A DNA stretch of 64,000 nt from assembly GCA_036785375.1 (NCBI GenBank), contig JAWMAR010000015.1, positions 6,634,001-6,698,000 of the forward strand. The letters are read 5' to 3'. The notes beneath the pieces are model-generated. The model saw only the letters and a list, made by a program, of their open reading frames with translations. It had not been told where the DNA came from and did not search any database. The stretch is from Leucoraja ocellata. Its lineage: Eukaryota. The stretch's first letter is position 1. Every line of letters begins with the position of its first letter. Of this stretch, positions 12,816 through 26,140 are shown one piece after another. A program made the position numbers and the translations under genes.

Positions 12816-13534
12816 GTGAGCACCTTTCTTTCTTTTGATTGCACTGTCTACGTTACACTTCACCTGGTGAAACACAGCATGCTGAGCCTGCCTGACTCAC
12901 AGCCGCTCTCACTGACATATTGATCTGGGCAGGGGCATTCCCTGGGCGGACGCTTTCCTTAATGCAACCCGGGGGAAGAGCTTTGCGTTGTTTTTTACTG
13001 AAATGAAGAATGCTGGATTAGTTGGCATTCTATGCCCTCATAGAATTCAGCCCAGTCCAGTTGATGCCCTGTCTGTATCTTCCCATCTCATTGCTCAGTT
13101 TTAACTTCCATTCAATTTACAACCATTTCAGCCGCATCTGAGCAGTAATCACTCTCTGGACATCAGTCCTGGTGACTGCAAGCACAAAATGCTGGAGTAA
13201 CTCAGCGGGTGAGGCAGCATCTCTGGAGAGACAGAATGAGCGACGTTTCGGGTTGAGGGCTTTCTTCAGTCCTGGTGACTGCTTTGACTCTGTCCAACCC
13301 TTATAATTCAATGACAATTTATTGGGAACCCTGACTTTGTGCCTTGTCTCTGGTTCAACGCATGGGATGTGGTGACTTAGTTCACGCAAGAAGGAGCACG
13401 GTTGGCCGACGAGTGTCACAAGCAGTGGCGTAGCAGCACGTGCCATGTGGCCATGGCTGAGGGAAAATGCAGGCAAGGGCATTTATTTCTGTCCACTGAG
13501 TAATCAAGTGTAAATGTTCATCCTGTCCTGCCAG

Positions 13535-13648
13535 GTATCCGTCAACTCCAGCTCGTCCTGTTGAAGATTGCCTTGATCCTGGGGACGGAAATTCATCTAA
13601 ACGTGGAGTTCCGTGGGCTGCTTCCACCCAGGGGCCATAAAAACCCTC
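13535..13648 (+). CDS. MICAL3: MICAL3-like exon 3 ([31 protein letters not shown]..)
   Basis: ccag|GT..C|gtgagt; 114 nt; phases match the neighbouring exons. Confidence 0.93.
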
Positions 13649-15632
13649 GTGAGTGATTTATACTGTATCATGATCGGGATCTGTGCGTGTTTGCAAGTCT
13701 GTGCGGATGCATGTCTGCGTGTGTGCCTGAATGTGCATTCACATGTCGGTGTGTACACGCACATATGTGTGTGTGTGTCCATGTGTTTCCATAGGCAGGT
13801 GAACTTTAGGCAAAACTGCTGCACCTTCCTTGTGTGACCCATGTACACAGGCTGGTGAAGAAGGCAGGTGTACAAGAACTGGGATGCGGTATTAGGAGAC
13901 AGCACCGAGACAACACACGGAATATTGTGTGCAATTCTAGTCACCATACCATAGGAATGGATGTGATTAAGCTGGAGAGGGTGCAGAAACTGTTCACAAC
14001 AATGTTGTTTGCAATTGCAATGTTTAAACAACATTGGGACAGGTTCATCAATAGGAAACGTTTGGCAGGGAATGGGCAAATGTATGCAAATGGGAATAGC
14101 TCAGGTAGGCATCTTGGTCAGCATGGGCAAGTTGAGCTGAAGGGCCTGTTTCTATGCTATGTTAACTCTATGACTCTAACTTCTATCTTGTCTGTGAATC
14201 GAGTCAAGAGTGTCTAATTGTCATATGTACTGACAGCAGAACAATCAAATTCTTATTTGCAGTAGCACCCAGCTTGTAAACACGATGCACATAGATAATA
14301 TCTAATAAACAAAAAATCCATAGAAATTCGTAGTTGAAGTTAGTTGTATTATACAAATGAAGCTTCCCACATTTTTGTTCCTTTGCTATTTCTGTAAACA
14401 CAGCCAACTGGCATTTGAAATAAATGGATTTCAGATGTACGGATAAATCTTTAATATGTCACATTTAAAAGTCCTTGTATGCAATATTAACTGTATTACC
14501 CACACAAATCCTTTCACCGCTTCTTCAAAAATCTCAGTTTAGTTGGCAAGCCGGACTTGTTCTTTAACAAATCTGTCTGTGCACCATTTAATTACTCATA
14601 TATGTCCTAGCACAGTCCATTCAGATTGTTACCCCAACTAGATTCCTGTTACTGGTGTTAGCTTCACCGGATGAAATAACTAGGTTTACCCCTCTCTGCT
14701 GTTTTGAACATAAGGTGTTGATTAGTTACGCTGTTGGAATGCCTTTGGGGAGTTTGCACTGCCTGATTTTTAGTCTTGCTCCAGAAAGGTTCTCAATAGA
14801 TTCACTGGACTAATTCCCATTGTTCCATCACTGGGACATCTTGAGTCCATGATCAACCATAAGCTTCCTCTGCGAATCCTTCGGGGCTACTTGGTGCCAG
14901 AGTATTTTCCTGGCTGGCTCAACTGAGTTTCTGGTCAGGGGTGGGTCCCCAGGCTGTTGATAGTTGGGGGACTGGGTGTTGATAATGTTATTGAATATTA
15001 AGAATGGGTGGAGCCGATATCTGGCTGGTGATGGTCATTGGTTGGCATTGTTGTTGTTTGGCATTCATCTGCCTGTCTGAATATTTGGCATTCATCAACA
15101 CATCTCTGAATATTGTCCAGGCCTCGCTGTATGTAGCCAAGGGGTACCTCATTTGCTGAGTGCAATTGAATTAGCTATACAGCTCCTTAGGATCTCCTGC
15201 TGATGGATAGGAAGGTCACATTTCCTTTAGAATATAGACTAGAAACTAACAGGGTAAGAATGAATTGAGGAAACAATATTTTCTGGGGATCTGAAATCAT
15301 TACCTGAAGGGGCAGAGGAGGGGGAACTTCCACCACATTTAACAGGTGATTCCTGGAGCCCAGTGATATACCTCAACCTATTGGGCAACAGACTGGGAGC
15401 TTGGGAACAAGATTCAGCGGGCTGCCACCAATGGTGGGCGCAATGGCTGGCAATTGCTCGGGGTCTGTGGTAGGTGCTAGGAATTCTGTCTTCCTTTTCT
15501 CAGTAGCGTGGGGCAGCAACTCTCAGATGACAAGGACTGGGCTACTGGGAGCCCGTTTCCTCACAGGCTGTGTGAAAGGGCAGCCCAGTCACACACCCTC
15601 CAATAAACGATGGATCTCACTTCTCATTGCAG

Positions 15633-15734
15633 ACGCTGGATGGAGAGCAGACATTGACCCTCCAACCAACAAAGTGGCACAGTTTGAGTTTGAAGTCGTG
15701 ATTGGTGCTGATGGGCGAAGGAACACACTGGAAG
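15633..15734 (+). CDS. MICAL3: MICAL3-like exon 4 ([27 protein letters not shown]); DG motif
   Basis: ttgcag|AC..G|gtaagg; 102 nt. Confidence 0.93.
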
Positions 15735-16599
15735 GTAAGGAGTGCGTGGCAATGTGGAGCTGAGGGGGACAGAGAGCAATTGCTTGGAGCAATGGAGGGA
15801 TTGGGAGAGAGAGAGCAGTGTTCAGTGGATCACAGAAAAGGATTGGGAGAGGGAGCAATGTTCATTGGACCAGAGGAAGAGATCAGGAGAGACAGCAGTG
15901 AAAGATAAAAGCTGGAGGAGCTCAGCGGGTCAGGCAGCATCGGTGAAGGGAATGGACAGCCACCTGTTTGGGTTGTGAGCCTTTTTCAGACTGATGGAGA
16001 ACGGACGAGAAAGTTGAAAAAGAGAGGTGGGGGTGGTGCAAGCCCAGATAGTGACAGGTGGATGCAGATGAGGGGTTGGGTGATTGCCCGATGGGTGAAG
16101 TGACAAAGGCTAGAGGTGAATAGGAGTCAAAAAGGTGTCAAGACAAGGAGATGGAGTGAAATGTAAAACAGAATATGAGGTGCTGAGTGAGAGGACATGG
16201 GGGGAGGGGGGGGGGGGGATAGAGAACAAGGTTAAGTAACGGGGTGGAGGGGGAGAGATAGTGAGCTTCATTGGAGGATGAGGTAGTGAGGTTCATTGGG
16301 GAGAGAATGAATTTAATTGACCAGGAATGCAGAGAACAAGTTTCATTGAACAGGGAAAGAGAGAGAGAGAGAGAACAAGGTTCATTGGATAGGGAGGAAG
16401 AGGGAGCGAATAACATCGGCAGGGGGAAGCACTGTGGAGGAGGGAAAAGTGAGATTCAGTGCCCCATGAACCGGCCGGGATTGTTCTGGTCACCTTGAGG
16501 AACTTCCACGGGCACAGACGAACACTTCCAATACTTCACATCACTTCTTTGGTCAGCAGTCCCACTTCCCAACCTGCTGGTGGTTTAATGTCCCACGAC

Positions 16600-16893
16600 A
16601 TCTTAGAATTATAGGGGAGGTCATTTAAGACTGAGGTGAGAAAAAACTTTTTCACCCAGAGAGTTGTGAATTTATGGAATTCCCTGCCACAGAGGGCAGT
16701 GGAGGCCAAGTCACTGGATGGATTTAAGAGAGAGTTAGATAGAGCTCTAGGGGCTAGTGGAGTCAAGGGATATGGGGAGAAGGCAGGCACGGGTTATTGA
16801 TAGGGGACGATCAGCCATGATCACAATGAATTGTGCTGTGCTGGCTCGAAGGGCCGAATGGCCTCCTCCTGCACCTATTTTCTATGTTTCTAT
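16600..16893 (+). mobile_element. CR1-like LINE 3' end
   Basis: ttcacccagagagttgtgaatttatggaattc..gctcgaagggccgaatggcc, with a (tttctatg)n tail. Confidence 0.85.
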
Positions 16894-18161
16894 GACAGGC
16901 CCTTGGGCTGAGAATCGAACATGCAGCACTGAGGAGAGTCGACTCGTGGAAGGGTCGACATTTCGCGTAGGACTTATACCATGGCCTTGTCTACACTTGG
17001 GTCTAAGATCCAGTCAATTGTAGAAGCATAATTACCTTTAAACCAATGAGAAAGAAACTCATGGTCTGGCCATGACCTCTTTGCTGAATGCTTGGGTTAT
17101 ATGTGACTGGTTATGAAGTAGTAGTGTGTTGAGGCTTTTGAATGTGTTGTGTAAGTGGGAGTAATTGGATCACTCAATACAAAAGGGGTGATTTGGTTAT
17201 GCCAGCCCTTTGACAAAGCAATCCATTTACTCCCACTCCACAGTTTTTTCCCTGTAAAGTTGCAATTTTAATTTTTTTAAATATTTATTATCCAACTCCC
17301 TATAAGATATTACTGAATCTGTTCCAGAAATGTTCACAGGCAGCTAAACATAACTTGCTTTGTTAGATTTAGACCGGCTTCCCCCTGATCTAAATCTGAG
17401 CACTACCTAATAATCTCGCAACCACTGGGACAGTTTATCCTTGGGTATGTACTCCATTACAACCCATCGTGGTGTCGAACACGTCAAATGTATGTTCACT
17501 ATCCCTAATGTAGTGGGTCACCAGCTATCCCAGCACACTCCCAACTTCACAGATATCTCAGCCCTCGGATAAACCTCTGGGAAATCTCTGCTGCGACTGC
17601 TTGAGATTTTGTACATCCTTCCTGAGGATTGGTGCTGGGATATGAAGCCATTGCTGCTGTTGGTCGGACCAGATTCTCTTGTAAATTACCTTAATTTCCT
17701 GATGTTGTAAATCGGAGGTGACTGTGTGAAGACAGCAATCTCATACGTTTTATCAGCCTTGTTGACTTGTTCTGCAAGGATTTGTCTTCACCGTAATACT
17801 CTCCATCCTTGAACCACTTTAATATTTTATTCTTTAAATTACCTCTCATTTCTCTTTGTACCATATGTTTCACTTTGCCCCTTTCTGCATCAAATTTCAT
17901 CAGCCAACCGTCGGCCTATTTCATGAGTGCCCTTCGTCCATCTTCTGCTTTCTGCTCCGTTATGTTCACAGAACCTCCTATATCTGGCATTAAGAATCTT
18001 CACAAATACCACTCTGCTTGCACAAGACAATGTGAGAGATTGCGTTGGCCTTAATAGCGGGTCCCTTGTTCTAATAAGTGATCCCATCACGGCTGGGCCA
18101 GGCTCAGTGAGTGCTCCGCTGCTGGTGGCCCAGGAATGTTCACCCTCTGTTCCCGCTGCAG

Positions 18162-18317
18162 GGTTTCGCCGGAAGGAGTTCCGCGGGAAGCTGGCGATCG
18201 CCATCACTGCCAACTTCATCAACCGGCACACACGGGATGAGGCCCGGGTGGAGGAGATCAGCGGCGTGGCCTTCATCTTCAATCAAAAGTTTTTCCGAGA
18301 CCTGCGGGAAGCAACAG
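18162..18317 (+). CDS. MICAL3: MICAL3-like exon 5 ([42 protein letters not shown])
   Basis: ctgcag|GG..G|gttgat; 156 nt; near-identical to the MICAL2/3 motif. Confidence 0.95.
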
Positions 18318-18489
18318 GTTGATGTCCACTCAGCTCGGTGAAGGGAGGGCAGGGGCACGCTCGGACTGTTGGGGAGGAGGGTCCCACGTTTCCTGCGTTA
18401 GCGAGTGCTCTCTACAGCCGCCCTTGCACAGCCCAGCTCTCACGTGAAGGTCACGTCCAGAGCCACAAGTTGTTGCATTTGGGGACATG

Positions 18490-18815
18490 ACTGTCCAGTG
18501 GCACAACCAGTAGAGCCCTCAACGGGGACCCGGTTTAATCCCGACCTCTGGTGTTGTCTGTGTGGAGTTTACACCGTCTCTCTGACGGCGTGGGTTTCTC
18601 CGTGTGCTTCAGTTTCTTCCCACACCCCCAAAGACCTGCAGATCAGTAGGTTTATTGGCTATTGTAAGTTGCCCCAACTGTGTAGTGAGTGCTAGAATCT
18701 GAGAGGAGTTGATGGGAATGCGGGAGAATGAAAAATGGGATTTATGTAGGATTGATGAATGTGTGATGTTCATGGCAGAACTAAGGGGCCTGTTTCCGTG
18801 CTGCATCTCTCCATG
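18490..18815 (+). mobile_element. tRNA-derived SINE (inverted partial copy at ~19020-19290)
   Basis: gtggcacaaccagtagagc..gacccggtttaatccc..gtctgtgtggagttt. Confidence 0.7.
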
Positions 18816-19445
18816 ACTGTGATTCTAAACCCTTAAATTATCACAACGTGTGGAACTGATCAACCTTTCACTTTTCCGCAGGTCTGGTTGATGCCACCTG
18901 TCCTCATTCTTAACCTTTTTATTCTCGGCATCTTTTCATTGAATTGTAGCGGGTATCCTGCAAGAGCAGCACATCATTCCTGAGACAGATGCCCAGAGCT
19001 AGAAACTGCTAGGGGCCAAACAGCATGGAAACAGGTCCTTCACTCCACTGACTCCACACCAAACAGCACCCCACTTACATTAATCTCATTTTACCCTCCA
19101 TCATTCCCATCATCCCTCTCCCCACCCCCTCCAGACTCCAGCACTCACCAACACACTAGGATGAATTGACAGTAGCCCATTAACCTTCCAACTTGTATGT
19201 CTTTGGGATGTAGGAGGAAACCAGAGCATCCTGGGGGAAAAGAAACTCACAAGTGCAAACTCCGCAAAGACAGCACCAGATGTCAACTGAGGTATTTACC
19301 CCAAGGACTCTTAGATCCTTGTTCCTGACGAGACGGCTGCAGTTTGTGCATTTGTTGGATTGAGAGATGAGCCCTTGTTTGAATCTGTTCACCGTGGTTC
19401 ACCGTCCTGCTTCCGTGTTTAACGTGTCGCTGTTATTTTCCCCAG

Positions 19446-19546
19446 GTGTAAATTTGGAAAACATAGTTTACTATAAAGATGACACGCACTACTTCGTCAT
19501 GACTGCAAAGAAGCCGAGTTTGCTGGAGAAAGGAGTGATTCTGCAG
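19446..19546 (+). CDS. MICAL3: MICAL3-like exon 6 ([33 protein letters not shown])
   Basis: cccag|GT..CAG|gtgggt; 101 nt. Confidence 0.95.
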
Positions 19547-20679
19547 GTGGGTGGGCTGGTGTTACCTCTTCAACTGCTGCAGCAACACTGAGGTCTAAAC
19601 ACACGGGAGACGGAGGGAGGATCTCCAGAACCATGGCAAGATGTGCAAAGTTAACTTATATGTGAACCCCTGAACCACTGGAGTAGATTCCAGCCTGTGA
19701 TTGTCAACACCCAAACTCATTGTTTGTATTCCAACCCGTAACTCCTCACGTTGTGACAAATACAACCTACAACCTTCTGGAAAAGAAACAGAAATTGCTG
19801 GAAACACTCAGCACGTCAGGTAGCATCTGTGGAAGGAGACATCTTTTTTTTACAAAGGGTAATCGACCTGAAAGGTAGACTCTGTCTCTCAAATTCTGCC
19901 TGACGTGCTGAATGTTTCCAGCATTTTATGTTTTCATAAAGATACAACCTCGGTTCGATGGATCCCCTGGATATCAGGTGTAAACCACTAAACCCCTCGG
20001 TGTGATTCGAGCCTGTGACACATGTAACAGCAAGTAAAAATGCAAGATAGAACCTTAGAATCTCAGAGAACATTTAGAATGTAATCTTGCCTCAATGGTA
20101 TGAACATCCGTGGTATATCATTCAAAATGTATTGTATGTATGACTGCAGGCAACGAAATTTCGCTCAGACCGTAAGGTCTGAATGACAATAAAGGAAATT
20201 CTAATTCTAATTCTAATACGAAAAATATCACCTACAACTGTCAGCGAGCTGATTCATTTTCTCATATTTTCTTCCAAGTTGGAAGACAAGTCCAATGTTT
20301 CAATTTCTTATTTTATGTGTACAGTGAAAAGTTTTGTTTTGCAAGCTATCCAATCAATTTACATATTATACATAAATACATTCGTCAAACTCAAGTAGAA
20401 TAGGTAGCTTACTGGGAAAGAAACAGTGCAGAATATAATTAACAACTAAACATAGTGCTAGGTTTATAGGTAGAAAAAAGATTTAAAGGAGTAGAGCAAT
20501 TGTATTGGATAATGATAGATCCCCTTCTGGACCAGCATGCGAAGGGTCACCATTTTTTTGGCACCATCAAAGGTGTGGGTAGTGAATGCATACAGATGAG
20601 GTGGGAGAGAGGGGAGATTGAGGGAGCGCTGGTAAATGGGATCAGATGGGCTCTACCTAGTCAGTAAGGACAAGGGGTA

Positions 20680-20960
20680 AGAATAGAGGGTAAGCCATTT
20701 AGAACAGAGATGAGGAAACACTTTTTCACACAGAGAGTTGTGAGTCTGGGGAATTCTCTGCCGCAAAGGGCGGTGGAGGCCAATTCTCCGGATACTTTCA
20801 AGAGAGAGCTAGATAGGGCTCTTAAAACTAGTGGAGTCAGAGGATATGGGGAGAAGGCAGGAACGGGGGTACTGATTGTGGATGATCAGCCATGATCACA
20901 TTGAATGGCGGTGCTGGCTCGAAGGGCTGAATGGCCTCCTCCTGCACCTATTGTTTATTG
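20680..20960 (+). mobile_element. CR1-like LINE 3' end
   Basis: MRKHFFTQRVVSLGNSLPQRAVEA and the conserved 3' tail. Confidence 0.85.
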
Positions 20961-21279
20961 ACATATGGTCAGTATGATGATGGCAGTTTGGTAGAATTGA
21001 GGCTTGTGGAATAAAAGGGTCTGCGGCAACATGTGAAAGACAGGTGTAGAGAGGGCTGTGACTGGTTGTTTCTCAGCCTGCTGGACAGTAATGCTCCCCA
21101 GGGCTCGGCACTGGGATCCTTGTGTGTTCTCATGACCTAGGTGAGATTGTGCAGGTAAGGTTTCAAAACCTCTGGCTCACCGTAAACTTGGAGAGGTGGT
21201 GGGAGGTTTATTGCTGTAGACTGCAAGAGGATGTGGGCAGTGGAGCGACAGGTGGAATTTAATACTGGGAGAAGAACGA

Positions 21280-21585
21280 AAGGGTGACACAGTGGCACAG
21301 CGGTTGAGTTGCTGCCTTACAGCGCCAGAGACCTGGGTTAGATACTGGCTACAGGTGCTGTCAGTACAGAGTTTGTACATTCTCCCTATAATTACATGGG
21401 TTTTCTCTAGGTGCTTCGGTTTCATCCCATACTCCAAAGACGTACAGGTTTTTAGATTAATTGGCTGCGGTAAAATTGTAAATTGTCCCGTAGTGTACAG
21501 GACAGTGCTAGTGTACAGGCGCTTGCAGGTCACTGTGGACTCGGTGGGCTCGAAGGGCATGTTTCCGTGCTGTATCTATAAAGTC
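21280..21585 (+). mobile_element. tRNA-derived SINE
   Basis: gtggcacagcggttgagttgctgccttacagcgccagagacctgggtt head; tail gggctcgaagggcatgtttcc. Confidence 0.8.
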
Positions 21586-21714
21586 TAAAGTAATGTCAAG
21601 AGAGATATTATAGACATTATGTGCTGTGAGATCTTCGATACATTAAGCCGTGAGTTATATGGTCAGAGTTGCGGGTTGACTATCCTGTGTGGTTTCTCTG
21701 CTTTTCCTTGTTAG

Positions 21715-21975
21715 GATTTTGCTGACAACGGAGAAGTTGCTGTCCCGGAATAACGTCAATCAGGAGGCACTGCTGAACTATGCGAGGGAGGCGGCAGACT
21801 TCTCCACCACATCGCCTACTGCCACAGATGGACTTTGCCATGAATCATTACGGCCAACCTGACGTGGCCATGTTTGATTTCACATGCATGTACGCGTCAG
21901 AGAACGCCTCGTTGATACGGGAGGAGAGCGGGAAGCGTTTGCTGGTCTCCCTCGTTGGTGACAGTCCTGTTGGAG
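21715..21975 (+). CDS. MICAL3: MICAL3-like exon 7 ([65 protein letters not shown]), read across three +1 frameshifts
   Basis: ttag|GAT..GAG|gttagt; 261 nt. Homology needs removal of single extra bases at ~21727, ~21809 and ~21966; as assembled there is an in-frame TAA at 21751. Confidence 0.85.
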
Positions 21976-22939
21976 GTTAGTGCATAAACCTCAGTGAGGC
22001 TGATCAGTCCCTGTGCTGTGAGGCTGGACTCGACAGGGTTCCTCATGTGGCCCAGTGGGTCATGGCCATGCTGCTGGACAATAGATTAGTAGATCTACTG
22101 TGATCATTGGGCCAATAGATTCATTGCAGTGCATCAGGTCTCCTGCAGTGAAACGAAGAGTGATTGGTCCATGAAGCAGCCACTGATGGCATTGGAGATC
22201 TGAGCAAAACTAAAAGATCACTGGATCCAGTGCAGTAGCTTACAATAGTCCCCCTCTGTACACGTTGGCTGATGTATTGTTAGTCAACAGAACACAACAG
22301 TACAGAACAGGAGCAGGCTGCGCTGGCTCTGATGCCAATCTAATCTCATCCCACGGTTTACATCCCTCCATTCGTGACTAGGGTTCAGTAGGGTATGAGG
22401 GCATGGTGGGACGGGAGAGGGGTGTTTGGGTCGGCACAGATAATAAAGGGTAGAGGCCTTAAAGTGGAGATAACTATCTACAGACCCACAGACAGGTGAC
22501 ATGTGCGAGTAAGGACGTGTTGTCCTTGCAGCGACGAGACCCAAGATAACATGGTGATGAAAGATTGTTATTCAACGAACAACATTGTCACCCGTAGCTT
22601 GATGGGGGCAAACAGTTGACGTGGCAAAGGGTGAACTCGCCTGGGTATTTCCTAAGTGATGGTACAAGGCCAGATATTGGCTGTTACTGTGCTTCACTCT
22701 GGAATAAATTGGTTGTCAATTGGGGCAGTTTGCAGATGAGAGATAAACCCAGCAGTGGCAAAAATATAGGCAGAATTAATCAATGCAATGTCTAAGACAA
22801 GAATGGATTTTTTCATTTGGAGCCATGAAGTGGAAAGTTCAGTGATCTGACAAACTTGCAGTAACACGGGTTGCAGGCTGGTTTAAATTTGGGAGTTTTA
22901 ACTATCATTTAGCAGATGAATTTAGAGGGGAAAGGTATG

Positions 22940-23185
22940 TCGGGGGGAGGGGAAGGGGGGGTCAGGGTGTGTGAGGGGGAGGGGAGGGGTGTGTGAGGGG
23001 GAGGTGGGGGTCAGGGTGTGTCGGGGGGGGAGGGGGAGGCAGGGTGTGTCAGGGTGAGGTGGGGTCAGGGTGTGTCAGGGGGAGGTGGAGGGGGGGCAGG
23101 GTGTGTCGGGGGGAGGGGGAGGCAGGGTGTGTCAGGGTGAGGTGGGGTCAGGGTGTGTCGGTGGGAGAGTCAGGATGTATCTAGG
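22940..23185. repeat. G-rich tandem repeat (gggtcagggtgtgtcagggggagg-like)
   Basis: Repeated G-runs visible directly. Confidence 0.85.
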
Positions 23186-23313
23186 GGGGGCAGCCAGGCT
23201 GTGTCCGGAGTGGAGCGAGGTCGTGCCGGGGCGGGATGTGTCTGAGCTGCTCTGGTTGTAGACTTTGTTTCCCATCACTTATCTCAGCCTAATGGTTGTG
23301 TTTGCTCTTCCAG

Positions 23314-23429
23314 CCCTTTTGGCCCATGGGAACTGGGATTGCTCGTGGATTTCTGGCAGCGTTTGATGCTGCCTGGATGGTGCGAGCCTGGTCACAGGGA
23401 ATTCCTCCACTCAAAGTGCTGGCAGAAAG
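23314..23429 (+). CDS. MICAL3: MICAL3-like exon 8 ([34 protein letters not shown])
   Basis: ttccag|CCC..AG|gtgaga; 116 nt. Confidence 0.95.
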
Positions 23430-23879
23430 GTGAGAGCTTCAGCTGTGGTGTATCATTGTGTCGGGCTGGGGGTTGGGGGTGGACTGATCTTTGTTGCAAT
23501 TCCTCCATACGCCGGGCAGCTGACTGACTTGAATATACACATGATCACATGATTTTCATTACACGCACCCAAATCCAATCCCCACTCCACCCACCCCCAC
23601 TCCGACATCTCTGAGTTACCCTATGGTCATCGTCACATTTGTTTGTCAGTTTAGTGTCCTTCTGGCAAGCGATAGGAACCTTTAGCCGCTTGAGCCTGCT
23701 CTCTTGAATCATGCCCCACGTGATCTATGTTTTATTCATTCATTGTGTCTTGCACCATTTTCTCTAATTTGCCGATGTAAAATGAAATAGCTCTTGTTTT
23801 GAAAGCTGCTGTTGATGTTGGCGTTGGAGCGAGTTAACAACTCCATGTTCCTGCGTGCGCATATCTCTGATCATCTGTC

Positions 23880-24425
23880 TTAGACCAAATCATAAAGAAA
23901 GCTCATCAATACCTCTACTTCCTCAAAGGTTTGAGGAGATTTGCTATGTCGCCAAATACTCTATCAAGCTTTTACAGATGACTGGTTGCCTCACAGCCTG
24001 TTTCGGCAATGTGATCACTCCATTCACTCACAGGTACTGAACTCCCCACATCGAAGGGACCTACAGGAAGCAATGTCTTAAGAAGGCAGCTAATATCATG
24101 GAAGACCTACACAACCCTGGCCACACTCTCTTCTTGCTACTGCCATTGAGAAGGTGGTACTGGAAGCTAAGAACCATGACCTCCAGTTTCAAGAATACCT
24201 TCTTCCCATCGACAATCAGACTCTTGAACCACCCTTGACCACAACCCTACCTCAGCAGTAAACCACTACAAACTTTACTCTTCTATGGTTTCTCTTACAT
24301 ACTTTTTTTGCGCCATCTTGGTTTAGTTTACTTAGAGCAACAGATTTTTTGTTGTTGGTGTATCTGCAGCAAAGTAATATTTCATTGTTCCTGTTCATAT
24401 CTGGAGCATATGACAAATAAACATG
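23880..24425 (+). mobile_element. Rex1/L2-like LINE 3' fragment
   Basis: aagaaagctcatcaatacctctacttcctc (KKAHQ.LYFL), ccctggccacactctcttc, tail gacaaataaa. Confidence 0.7.
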
Positions 24426-24859
24426 GTTGAATCTCTTGACCTCCCACATCTTTCTGCGAGAGTTCCTCATTTCCAATAGCTTTATTGATGCATGGGTTTA
24501 CTGTTAGTGAAGCTAATTCCCCCTTCATTCTGGATTACTCTTACTGTCAATAAATTACACTGTGCAGTGTGTGCATCTGAATGGATGCCCCAAGGGCAAA
24601 CACCTTGCTGTTTAGTGATTTCTCACAACTCTGACCAGTTTATGCACGGTCAATAGCTCAGTCATTCTGCCTGTGATTTTCACCTATCAACCAAGTATCC
24701 AGGGCCATAGAGCATGGAAACAGGCCCACCATGTCCATGCTGCTCATCAATCACCCAGCCTCTCTAATTCCATTGACCAGCACATGGTACAAAGACTTCT
24801 GTTTAAACCTAGGTGAAGGGACATGCTGTCTGAACTCTTATAACTTCTAAACAAGTGTT

Positions 24860-25505
24860 CAAAGGTCCAAAAGGTCAGTTTATTATCACATGTACCAGTT
24901 AAGGTACAGTGAAACTCTGATTACCATACAGACATACTAAACAATAGGAACAAGACACACAAATACATAACAGTTAATATAAACATCTACCACAGCGGAT
25001 TCCCCACATTCCTCACTGTGATGGAAGGCAATAATGTCTAAACTTCTTCCTCTATTCTCCCGCGGTCGGGGCAGTCGTGGCGATCGAAGCTCCCTCAGCC
25101 GGTGATCGAAGCCCCCACGTCGGGGAGATTGGGGAGGTTGAAGTTCCTGCGGCCTGGAGTTCCCGAAGTCGGTCCCTAACCAGGGACCGCGAGTTCCACG
25201 ATGTTAAAGTCCGCAGGCTCCAAGTCCGCCAGCTCTGCGATGTTAAGTCCTGCTGGCTCCCACGCGCGGTTGGAGCTCCCGAAGTCGGTCCCCAGCAGAG
25301 GCCGCCAGCTCTGCGATGTTAGGCAGTAGGGCGGACGGAGATACAATACAGAAAAACATCACCTCTCCATCGATGTAGGAGATTAAACAACGTTTCCCAG
25401 CCCCCATTTAAAACAAGCTAAATAACATTAAAAACATACATTTAACACAAACTAAAAAACAACAAGGAAGGAAGGGGCAATACAGACTGTTGGTGAGGCG
25501 GCCAT
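24860..25505. mobile_element. CpG-rich interspersed repeat with internal short tandem duplications (probable non-autonomous retro-element)
   Basis: Starts with tttattatcacatgtacc like the LINE tails here; repeated ctctgcgatgtta and cccgaagtcggtccc. Confidence 0.45.
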
Positions 25506-25922
25506 TGCGGGCTTTGTTGTGAGAGTTCAGACAGTGCATCCCCTCACCTGCAGTATGAGCGAATCCCTTCCTCCCTCTGACAACTGGCGCCGACTCCAGC
25601 AGCTCTCCACATTTCCTGGGTCAACTGGACAGGAATGGAACAGAAATCAGGGACATTTTGTGCAAATGTGCCGCATGTTGTTGTGGCACCAAGTTCCTGC
25701 GTTAGCCACGACAGAGCCGCCTGTTTCCTCTGATTAGTTTCTTCTCTATTGTAAACTTTTCCAAGTGCCCAGACAACACTGATGGCATTTTTCTTTCTGT
25801 GATTCCTGCCATTAAGGAAGAGGTGAAGTTAATTTCCATGAAAGAGAGGGGTTACTTAGCATCGGGGCTGGTAACGTGAACAGTGAGTAATCGACAAACT
25901 AGCCAGGTCGTTCTTCTTGTTT

Positions 25923-26140
25923 GAATTCTGCCACAGAATGTAGTTGAGGCCAGTTCATTGGCTATATTTAAGAGGGAGTTAGATGTGGCCCTTATGGCTA
26001 AAGGGATCAGGGGGTTATGGAGAGAGAGCAGGTACAGGATACTGAGTTGGATGATCAGCCATGATCATATTGAATGGTGGTGCAGGCTCGAAGGGCCGAA
26101 TTGCCTACTCCTGCACCTATTTTCTATGTTTCTATGTTTC
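25923..26140 (+). mobile_element. CR1-like 3' end (inverted copy at ~26463-26803)
   Basis: gaattctgccacaga..gctcgaagggccgaa..(tttctatg)n. Confidence 0.8.
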
